Shown piece after piece: positions 19,269-25,989 of a DNA stretch of 54,062 nt. The notes under the pieces were generated by a model. That model did not search any database. It was not told the DNA's origin and worked only from the letters and a program-made list of their open reading frames with translations. The translations under genes were made by a program, and so were the position numbers. This DNA comes from a virus (taxonomy: Duplodnaviria > Caudoviricetes), in the IMG/VR virus record IMGVR_UViG_3300044580_000329, positions 1 to 54,062 of that record. The stretch is one strand, 5' to 3'. Positions within the stretch are counted from its first letter, which is position 1, and each line of letters starts with the position of its first letter.

Positions 19269-19305
19269 AAGGGACAAAAATAAAACTTTGTCCCTTTATT
19301 TTTTT
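19269..19305 (+). terminator. Intrinsic terminator after Y-like RNAs 3-4
   Basis: AAGGGACAAA...TTTGTCCCTT followed by a T-run. Confidence 0.8.
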
Positions 19306-19320
19306 ATAATAAAATAAAAA

Positions 19321-19524
19321 ATGGGCAACAAAGATTTCTTTAAAGATTTTAATATTCGCGGTGGGTTTTCATCAAAAACCTTTTTATCGGAAAAATATAC
19401 CGTTTGTGTACGCGAAAAAGGTGGCAAAGTAGTTGAACATCACGATATTACGGATCCTTGGAAGTACATAGCAAAATTAAAAAGGGATATGAATATTGAA
19501 GCGGCGTGGATAAAAGATGAATAA
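19321..19524 (+). CDS. Hypothetical protein
   Basis: 67-aa ORF with an A-rich initiation region. Confidence 0.55.
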   Translation: MGNKDFFKDFNIRGGFSSKTFLSEKYTVCVREKGGKVVEHHDITDPWKYIAKLKRDMNIEAAWIKDE

Positions 19525-19603
19525 AAATGTTAAAAAATGTTAAAAAATTTTTTACTGTCATAGAAAAGTATTATATTTGCTATGTAATTAAAAAACATAC
19601 ACT

Positions 19604-20734
19604 ATGAAAAAGTTTGCATTTTTATTCATGATCAGTATCACATTACTTCTCTCTTGTGAGAAGATTGAAGATACTACACCCACCCCTCCTCCTGCCCCCG
19701 CCAATTTAGAATTTACATTGGCAGTGACTAATGTTTCCATATTTGATGGTAATGATGGAAAAATAACGGTAAATATTACTACTGGAAATCCTCCTTATTC
19801 CTATCAATTGGGAACCAATCCTTCACAATCTTCGAACGTTTTTTCAGGACTTGTAGCTGGAACATATAACGTTACTGTGACAGATAGTAAACAGAAAACT
19901 TTAACTAAGTCAGCTCAAGTAACTCAACCCACAATTACTCCTTTATCTTTTACACTTTCAGCAACAAACGTTTCTGCTTGGGGATTATCAGACGGAAAAA
20001 TAACTGTAACAGTCTCGTCTGGTATGGCGCCATATACCTATACTGTTGGTCAGACAACTAATACAACTGGTATATTTACAGGTCTTATAGCAGGAAGTTA
20101 TGATGTAGTGGTTACTGATAATAAACAGCAAACAGGTACTAAATCCATTACCATTACGCAGCCTCCAAGGGTCCCCGTTTATACTAAAGATTTAATTGAT
20201 TTTACTTCAAGCAGTTATAATAAAGAAGCTATTTCAACTGAAGTTTCTGCTTATGCAAATCTTTTAAATGGAACCGAAAAATTTACTATATCATTTTGGT
20301 ACAATACTACTAATACGACGTCACCTAATAAAAATACTGCAATTACAACAGCCAGATTACTTTCTTCTACAAATACGTCTCAGCCATCTCTTACATCTGA
20401 TACTTGGATTGACATAAATACAAATTGGATTGCATATGGAAGAGCTAAGGCTAATTCCTTTACAAAAGACGAAATTCGTTTAACTAGTACAACTGCTTGG
20501 AGTGGGCTTCATCACATAGTAGTTTTATTTGATGGTTCCAAAATGAAAATGTATATCGATAATGTTTTAATCAATGAAGTTGCATCTTCAATAAATTTGA
20601 ATATAAATAAAATTTATTTGGGAGGTGCTTGTTCAAATACCAATTACGAGTATAATGGTATTATGAGCAAAATAAAAATTTACAATGCAGCCATTACTCC
20701 TGAAGAAGTTGATTATCTATTTAAAAATAAATAG
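19604..20734 (+). CDS. Lipoprotein with SprB-type repeats and a C-terminal LamG/ConA domain
   Basis: Lipobox LLLSC; two T(N)VS..G..DGKITV...G..PY.Y...F.GL.AG.Y.V.VTD repeats; FTISFW, HHIVV..DGS.MKMYID, IKIYNAAITPEEV. TATATTTG promoter at 19572. Confidence 0.85.
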   Translation: MKKFAFLFMISITLLLSCEKIEDTTPTPPPAPANLEFTLAVTNVSIFDGNDGKITVNITTGNPPYSYQLGTNPSQSSNVFSGLVAGTYNVTVTDSKQKTLTKSAQVTQPTITPLSFTLSATNVSAWGLSDGKITVTVSSGMAPYTYTVGQTTNTTGIFTGLIAGSYDVVVTDNKQQTGTKSITITQPPRVPVYTKDLIDFTSSSYNKEAISTEVSAYANLLNGTEKFTISFWYNTTNTTSPNKNTAITTARLLSSTNTSQPSLTSDTWIDINTNWIAYGRAKANSFTKDEIRLTSTTAWSGLHHIVVLFDGSKMKMYIDNVLINEVASSINLNINKIYLGGACSNTNYEYNGIMSKIKIYNAAITPEEVDYLFKNK

Positions 20735-20751
20735 TTTGAGACAATTAAAGA

Positions 20752-20784
20752 AGATGGAGATCACAAAGGTCTCCATTTTTTTTT
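20752..20784 (+). terminator. Intrinsic terminator
   Basis: ATGGAGATC-acaaa-GGTCTCCAT followed by a T-run. Confidence 0.8.
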
Positions 20785-20910
20785 GAAAAAAGTACTCAAA
20801 AATTTTTTTATTTCAAAAATATGTGTTATAATTGCAACAGATTTAGTAAATTTTTGCACTAAATTAAAACTTTTTCAAACGAGTTCATAATATATAGAAA
20901 AAATCAACTG

Positions 20911-21018
20911 ATGCAGAAACAAGGTTTAAATATAGTCGTAGCGAATTGGGTGGCCAATGATGATAACAAAGGTCGTAGAGGAGTTATGCGTCCCGTTGAG
21001 GATATAATTGATTGGTGA
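20911..21018 (+). CDS. Putative attenuator leader peptide 1 (35 aa)
   Basis: MQKQGLNIVVANWVANDDNKGRRGVMRPVEDIIDW; lies between promoter motifs and a terminator ahead of the tRNA array and contains the antiterminator strand. Confidence 0.75.
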   Translation: MQKQGLNIVVANWVANDDNKGRRGVMRPVEDIIDW

Positions 21019-21075
21019 AACAACAACAATTAAGAATAAATCAACGGGAACTCTAAAGGTTCCCGTTTTTATTTT
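20991..21075 (+). promoter_or_regulatory. Antiterminator/terminator pair of attenuator 1
   Basis: Terminator AACGGGAAC(21043-51)/GTTCCCGTT(21059-67) plus T-run; TCCCGTTGA(20991-99) is the exact complement of TCAACGGGA(21041-49). Confidence 0.8.
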
Positions 21076-21102
21076 AAGTTCTTTGACATATTGCTTTCTT
21101 TC

Positions 21103-21173
21103 GCGGGTGTAGCACAGTGGTAGTGCAGGAGCCTTCCAAGCTTCTGACGTGAGTTCGATTCTCATCACCCGCT
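21103..21173 (+). tRNA. tRNA-Gly(TCC)
   Basis: GCGGGTG/CACCCGC, GGAGC-ctTCCaa-GCTTC. Confidence 0.92.
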
Positions 21174-21174
21174 C

Positions 21175-21290
21175 TAATTGCTGTAGTGACAGGAATGGGT
21201 TACTTCGTGCTAAATGGTTTAGCAATTGTCTTTTAAACAATGGTTGCGGTTCAAATCCGCCTGTTACCCTCCAAATTTTCTCAGTAATTA
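21175..21290 (+). ncRNA. Y-RNA-like RNA 5 enclosing tRNA-Lys-like D, anticodon and T arms
   Basis: TAATTGCTG/CAGTAATTA ends with TAGTGA, GTTACTTCG and TTTTCT motifs; inside are GCTA..TAGC, ATTGT-ctTTTaa-ACAAT and GCGG-ttcaaat-CCGC. Confidence 0.72.
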
Positions 21291-21293
21291 AAT

Positions 21294-21370
21294 GGTCTCT
21301 GGAGCTGCTAGGAGTGGCTGCCGGCCTGTCACGCCGGAACAACAGGAGGGTTCGAATCCCTTAGGGACCG
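21294..21370 (+). tRNA. tRNA-Asp(GTC), atypical D-arm
   Basis: GGTCTCT/AGGGACC, CCGGC-ctGTCac-GCCGG, G discriminator. Confidence 0.85.
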
Positions 21371-21465
21371 CTAACGCAGATAGCTGTTTAACAGCAAAAA
21401 CAGCTCTACAAAAAGTCGACTCATTGTAGAGAAGATACCGGTTAAAGTCCGCTAATGCTCCAATA

Positions 21466-21504
21466 AGTCCTACGCCGGGTGGACGGACTATAATAAAACT
21501 CGGC
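21466..21504 (+). ncRNA. Small H-type pseudoknot element
   Basis: S1 GTCC/GGAC, S2 GCCGGGT/ACTCGGC, A-rich linker ATAATAAA. Confidence 0.4.
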
Positions 21505-21509
21505 ATTTT

Positions 21510-21593
21510 AGGTCGTTAGCCTCAATGGTAAGGCACCGGTCTCCAAAACCGAGGTTGGAGTATTCCATGGGAGTTCGAATCTTCCACGACCTG
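21510..21593 (+). tRNA. tRNA-Trp(CCA) with long variable arm
   Basis: AGGTCGT/ACGACCT, CGGT-ctCCAaa-ACCG, extra hairpin TGGA-gtat-TCCA. Confidence 0.85.
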
Positions 21594-21656
21594 CTAATCA
21601 AAACTTTATATTAGAGTTCAAAAACTTTTATCCTGCTTGAATATATAAAATAAAAA

Positions 21657-22577
21657 ATGGATAGCGTTTGTATAATTTGTGGTTCGAAAAATTTTAAAAT
21701 TAAAAGTAATAGATTTTGTTCTCAAGAATGTATTCATCAGTATGGAACACAAAAGATGAATGAAAAAATTAAATGTAGAATTTGCGATAAAGAAATTTCT
21801 AAAGCCAATTATAATAAGCATCTAAAAACTCATGAAATTAAAAAACATCACTATTTTTGTGAAAATTGTGGCAAAGAAGTTTATGAAAAATATGGTTCAG
21901 GGAGATTTTGCTCTTCTAAATGTGCCAGAGGATTTAGTACAAAAAATAAAAGAGAGCAGATAAATAAAAAAGTTAGTGAAAAAATAAAACAAAAAATATC
22001 TAACGGAGAAAAAATAGGTTTTTGTACTTCAGGTAGATTAGTTAAATTAGAAAATAAAGTTTGCCCTATTTGTGGAAATAATTTTAAAGCTGATGAAAAA
22101 TTTGGTAAAAAAACTTGTTCAAAAGAATGTTCTCATAAGGCTACTGCTTTAAACAATAAAGGAAAAAAACACAATATCAAAGATACTTCAAGAATGGGAG
22201 GTCTTAGACCTGGGGGTGGAAAGTCAAAACAAATTTCTTATACAAATTGGTTAGGATATAAAATGTCTTTGAATAAAGAAGAAATTGAAGTAGCTAAAGT
22301 ACTTGATGAAAAAAAATTAAACTGGAATAGAAATAGAAAAGGTTTTCCATATTTAACACGGGACGGTAAACAAAGAAAATATTACCCGGATTTTGTAATA
22401 AATGATAATGAATACATTGAATATAAAGGGTGGGTAACTTCCGAAATGGAATGGAAAATGGAAAATGCAAAAGCAAATAATAATCTTAATTTAATTATAA
22501 TAGTTGGAAACGATAAAAGATATAAAGAGTTTGGAATATCTTTGCACGAATATTTAGATAGTAAATTTTTTCTATAG
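21657..22577 (+). CDS. Putative homing endonuclease: Cys-rich zinc fingers plus PD-(D/E)xK nuclease domain
   Basis: Repeated CxxC...RFCS..C motifs; YYPDF...IEYKG; inserted in the tRNA array behind ATATATAAAA. Confidence 0.8.
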   Translation: MDSVCIICGSKNFKIKSNRFCSQECIHQYGTQKMNEKIKCRICDKEISKANYNKHLKTHEIKKHHYFCENCGKEVYEKYGSGRFCSSKCARGFSTKNKREQINKKVSEKIKQKISNGEKIGFCTSGRLVKLENKVCPICGNNFKADEKFGKKTCSKECSHKATALNNKGKKHNIKDTSRMGGLRPGGGKSKQISYTNWLGYKMSLNKEEIEVAKVLDEKKLNWNRNRKGFPYLTRDGKQRKYYPDFVINDNEYIEYKGWVTSEMEWKMENAKANNNLNLIIIVGNDKRYKEFGISLHEYLDSKFFL

Positions 22578-22639
22578 GAGACTCTTAAAATGGAAAGATA
22601 CCGCGCATAGAGACGGCGGTTAATGCCTATAGGAAATTC

Positions 22640-22713
22640 GGGCTGTTAGCTCAGTTGCCTAGAGCGCCTGATTTGCACCCAGGAGGTCAAGGGTTGGAAT
22701 CCCTTACGGTCCA
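22640..22713 (+). tRNA. tRNA-Ala(TGC)
   Basis: GGGCTGT/ACGGTCC with G3:U70, loop ttTGCac. Confidence 0.88.
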
Positions 22714-22773
22714 CTACGACAGACTGTTAGATTTTCATAGTAACCGTGACGACGGGTTTCATAGAAAATTAAC

Positions 22774-22847
22774 GCCTTCGTGGCGCAATTGCGTAGCGCT
22801 ACTCCCTCTTAAGGAGAAGGTTAAGGGTTCGAGTCCCTTCGGAGGCA
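22774..22847 (+). tRNA. tRNA-Lys(CTT)
   Basis: GCCTTCG/CGGAGGC, CTCC-ctCTTaa-GGAG. Confidence 0.88.
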
Positions 22848-22855
22848 CAAATGCC

Positions 22856-22962
22856 GGATGATACACTGTTTTATCGCAGTGCCGGCTCCAAGGGCGATAC
22901 GTGGTGGTTGGTTGCCGGCCCCACCCAGTTGGTTATCATGGGTTCGATCCCCATATCGTCCA
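22856..22962 (+). ncRNA. Aberrant tRNA-like RNA with canonical T-arm and two alternative acceptor 5' strands
   Basis: ATGGG-ttcgatc-CCCAT-ATCGTCC-A; both GGATGAT (22856) and GGGCGAT (22892) can pair with ATCGTCC; no 7-nt anticodon loop. Confidence 0.55.
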
Positions 22963-22967
22963 CAAAT

Positions 22968-23044
22968 AGTGCGTTAGTTCAGTTGGTTAGAATATCAGAC
23001 TGTCACTCTGAGGGTCGCGAGTTCGAGTCTCGTACGCACTGCCA
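22968..23044 (+). tRNA. tRNA-Asp(GTC)
   Basis: AGTGCGT/ACGCACT, TCAGA-ctGTCac-TCTGA, encoded CCA. Confidence 0.93.
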
Positions 23045-23048
23045 TAGA

Positions 23049-23153
23049 ATCTGTAGTAAGAATAGAGTTTCATCGTGGTAAACATTGGTTCGAATCCAAT
23101 CGTGGCCGCCAAAAACTGGCTATGAAAAAAAGCTCTTTTCAATTTTCTCAGAT
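23049..23153 (+). ncRNA. Y-RNA-like RNA 6 with T-arm and loop-closed acceptor-like stem (YrlA-like)
   Basis: ATCTG-TAGTAA-GAATAGAG-TTTCATCG ... ATTGG-ttcgaat-CCAAT-CGTGGCC..GGCTATG ... CTCTTTTC-AATTTTCT-CAGAT. Confidence 0.75.
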
Positions 23154-23193
23154 CAATTTTTTTGCTTATATTAGCTTATTAAATTAGCCACAT

Positions 23194-23265
23194 GGGGATA
23201 TAGCTCAGAGGTAGAGCGCTTGCCTGTTAAGCAAAGGGTCGGGATTTCGAAATTCTCTATCCCCG
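23194..23265 (+). tRNA. tRNA-Asn(GTT)
   Basis: GGGGATA/TATCCCC, TTGC-ctGTTaa-GCAA. Confidence 0.87.
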
Positions 23266-23279
23266 CAAATTTTCAAACA

Positions 23280-23534
23280 ATGGATGAATTATTACAAATT
23301 ATCGAAAGATTAAAGGAAGAAAACGAAGAGTTGAAATCAAAATTGATTGATCTTACGTTTGAAATGAATTACAGCAAAGAGGTAGAGTTAATTGAATTTC
23401 TTCGTTCAATTTATTCAAGCATTCAGGAGGAAATGAACTTCAAAACCAGAAGTAAATTATCAAAGAGCCAAATGCTCTATAGTTTGAAAAAGAATATTGA
23501 AGAATTTGCTAAGAATAACAAAATATCATTATGA
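23280..23534 (+). CDS. Hypothetical coiled-coil protein
   Basis: Start moved to MDELLQ, downstream of tRNA-Asn. Confidence 0.6.
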   Translation: MDELLQIIERLKEENEELKSKLIDLTFEMNYSKEVELIEFLRSIYSSIQEEMNFKTRSKLSKSQMLYSLKKNIEEFAKNNKISL

Positions 23535-23914
23535 AACTTTACCGATACAGCGTTACATCTTGGCATCACGGAGCAATTCCTCATGTTGAATTACAAGATT
23601 ACGAAGTTATACGAGAAACAAAGCAAGGATATTGGGTACACCAGTATTTTGGAAGTGAGAAAAAATGGGTATCTAAAGATGGATTAAGAAGATTTGCATT
23701 TCCAACCAAGTACCAGGCGATGCAGAACTTTATAAAACGAACAGAAAAACGAGTAAAATATTTAGAAATAGATTTACAGGCTTGTCAATTAGGTTTGGAA
23801 TCAGCAAAAAGAATACAGGAAGAAATTTCAGAAGATGACGATGTGATAACATTACATCATATTTTAAAACTGCGGGGTGGGGCAGCGGTAGCTCGAGAGG
23901 CTCATAACCTCTAG
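23531..23914 (+). CDS. Hypothetical phage protein
   Basis: YEVIRETKQGYWV...KKWV....RRFAFPT..A; the 3' end overlaps tRNA-fMet. Confidence 0.65.
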   Translation: MKLYRYSVTSWHHGAIPHVELQDYEVIRETKQGYWVHQYFGSEKKWVSKDGLRRFAFPTKYQAMQNFIKRTEKRVKYLEIDLQACQLGLESAKRIQEEISEDDDVITLHHILKLRGGAAVAREAHNL

Positions 23915-23942
23915 GTCGGGGGTTCGAATCCCTCCTCCGCTA
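23871..23942 (+). tRNA. tRNA-fMet(CAT), initiator-like
   Basis: TGCGGGG/CTCCGCT with 1:72 mismatch, AGAGG-ctCATaa-CCTCT. Confidence 0.85.
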
Positions 23943-23947
23943 CAAAT

Positions 23948-24078
23948 GGCGAGAAAGTTTAGAAAAAATGACTCTTATTGGCTTTCTCATTTCGATGTAG
24001 TAATTATGGGGGTTTCATCGGAAAAACGTCAAGCTCATAACTTGAAGATCATAGGTTCAAATCCTATTCTCGCCGCCA
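23948..24078 (+). ncRNA. tRNA-Met(CAT)-like RNA with a circularly permuted Y-RNA module in the D-loop (Y-like RNA 7)
   Basis: GGCGAGA/TCTCGCC-G-CCA, D-stem GTTT/AAAC, TCAAG-ctCATaa-CTTGA, ATAGG-ttcaaat-CCTAT; the 63-nt D-loop contains TTTCT-CAT-ttcg-ATG-TAGTAA...GTTTCATCG. Confidence 0.78.
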
Positions 24079-24080
24079 TT

Positions 24081-24153
24081 GACCTCGTAACTCAGTTGGT
24101 AGAGTACAACACTTTTAATGTTGGAGTCGAGAGTTCGAGTCTCTCCGGGGTCA
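24081..24153 (+). tRNA. tRNA-Lys(TTT)
   Basis: GACCTCG/CGGGGTC, CAACA-ctTTTaa-TGTTG. Confidence 0.93.
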
Positions 24154-24158
24154 CAAAC

Positions 24159-24240
24159 GCTCTTATCTTACTTAAAAAAGGAAAGATACCGGCATTAGTT
24201 TTTAAGGCCGGAGATATGGGTTCGAATCCCATTAGGAGCT
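24159..24240 (+). ncRNA. tRNA-like RNA with a 13-nt anticodon loop
   Basis: GCTCTTA/TAGGAGC, CCGGC-attagtttttaag-GCCGG, ATGGG-ttcgaat-CCCAT. Confidence 0.65.
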
Positions 24241-24249
24241 CTAAAATTT

Positions 24250-24322
<73 letters not shown>

Positions 24323-24400
24323 CACTGGATGCCTATGCCGAGGGAGGTTTGTTCCCTGATTTGAGGGCTATTATCAAAGTGCGGGCATGAAATCCTTTAA

Positions 24401-24478
24401 GGAAGATTAGCTCAGTTGGTTCAGAGCATTTGCCTTACAAGCAAGGGGTCGTGGGTTCGAATCCCTCATCTTCCACCA
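24401..24478 (+). tRNA. tRNA-Val(TAC)
   Basis: GGAAGAT/ATCTTCC, TTGC-ctTACaa-GCAA, encoded CCA. Confidence 0.94.
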
Positions 24479-24529
24479 TATGAAAGGAATGAGCTTTCCG
24501 ATTAGACAACAAATGAACAAGCATGATTG

Positions 24530-24797
24530 GCAATTTTGTGAAGTAGAAAGAGGCTTGCATCCAACGCAAAAACCAGTTAAATTGTGTGAATATTTTATTA
24601 AAACATACACAAACGAAAATGAATTAATTTTAGATAATTGTTTTGGAAGCGGAAGTACATTTATAGCGTGCATAAATACAAATCGCAATTTTATAGGTTT
24701 TGAACTGAATCAAAAATATTATAATATTGCAAAAAACAGGATAAATCAACATATTATAGACAATAATTTGCAAGATAAATATAAGTTAATTGCATAA
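24530..24797 (+). pseudogene. C-terminal fragment of an N6/N4 DNA methyltransferase
   Basis: HPTQKPV...LILDNCFGSGST...FIGFEL, fused in frame to the duplicated C39 start. Confidence 0.8.
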
Positions 24798-24817
24798 TTT
24801 TTGAATAAAACTGCGAT

Positions 24818-25591
24818 TTGATTGAAAATATTAATATAAAAGTGAGGAATTATATGGAACATATAAAAATAAATAATAGTTTATACATAAATGCAAATTG
24901 TTTATTTATAATGCAAAAAATGATTCAAAATAATGAAATGGTTGATTGTATAATTGTTGACCCACCTTATGGTATCAATCATCATAGCAATAGAAGAAAA
25001 GATAAAAAAAATTCTATTACTAAAAAAGGTATAATAAATGACAACAATAACCAAGAATTACTAAAACAAGCAATTGATTTATCATATCAGTGTTTAAAAA
25101 ATAATTCGCATATTTACTGGTTTACAAGATGGGATAAATTAGAAGAACACCTTCCTATGTTAAGAAATTATTATAATATTAAGAATATTCTTATATGGGA
25201 TAAAGGCAATCATGGTAGTGGTGATTTGACAGGTGCTTATGGTAATAGATATGAATGTATTATATATGGAATGAAAGGTAGACGTGATTTAAATAAGATT
25301 AATGGAAAACAAAGACACGATGATATACTTACATATTCAAAAGTACCTGCACAAAAATTAATTCATCCACATCAAAAACCTATAGGTTTATTAGAATTTT
25401 TAATACTAAAATCCACTAATGAAGGAGATATAATTCTTGATATGTTTGCAGGAGTAGGTAGTACATTAGTTGCAGCGATAAAAAATAAAAGAGAATGTAT
25501 TGCTATTGAATTAGATAGTAATATATATAAAAAAGGCAAGGAAAGACTTAATAATGAAGGTTTGAAATTACATATATATAAAGTTAGTTAA
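24818..25591 (+). CDS. N6-adenine/N4-cytosine DNA methyltransferase (beta class)
   Basis: DPPY precedes HPHQKP and DMFAGVGST; the true start is probably a slightly later Met. Confidence 0.92.
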   Translation: MIENINIKVRNYMEHIKINNSLYINANCLFIMQKMIQNNEMVDCIIVDPPYGINHHSNRRKDKKNSITKKGIINDNNNQELLKQAIDLSYQCLKNNSHIYWFTRWDKLEEHLPMLRNYYNIKNILIWDKGNHGSGDLTGAYGNRYECIIYGMKGRRDLNKINGKQRHDDILTYSKVPAQKLIHPHQKPIGLLEFLILKSTNEGDIILDMFAGVGSTLVAAIKNKRECIAIELDSNIYKKGKERLNNEGLKLHIYKVS

Positions 25592-25641
25592 TGCATAATA
25601 TTAATATAAAAGTGTTATTTGATTTAAAAAGGAGTGATTGT

Positions 25642-25986
25642 GTGAAAAGTCCAATTAAATGGGTAGGTGGAAAATCTAAGTTAGCAAGAATTATTTTACC
25701 TATGTTTCCCAAGCATGATGGTTATGTGGAAGTATTTGGTGGCAGTGCTTATATGTTATTTTCTAAAGAACCAAGTAAATGGGAAGTTTTAAATGATTAT
25801 GATAGCAATCTAATGAATTTTTGGTCAGTGATAAAAAATGCACCAGACCAATTTATAGATAGTTTTAATTATATTTTAGTAAGTAGAGAAACTTTTAATA
25901 TATATAAACAAAAATACAAGAATAATGATTTTAATGATAATATAGAAAAAGCACATGTATTTTATTATTTAGTTAAAGCTGGATTT
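25642..25986 (+). pseudogene. N-terminal fragment of a Dam-family adenine methyltransferase
   Basis: SPIKWVGGKSKLA, YVEVFGGSA, EVLND; truncated at the second 44-bp repeat, with no DPPY. Confidence 0.8.
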
Positions 25987-25989
25987 GGA

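Noticed and set aside
24325-24395. Hammerhead ribozyme between tRNA-Gly and tRNA-Val
   Set aside because: Stems exist, but CTGATTTGA does not fit the CUGANGA core and GAAA is misplaced; left as an unassigned structured spacer.
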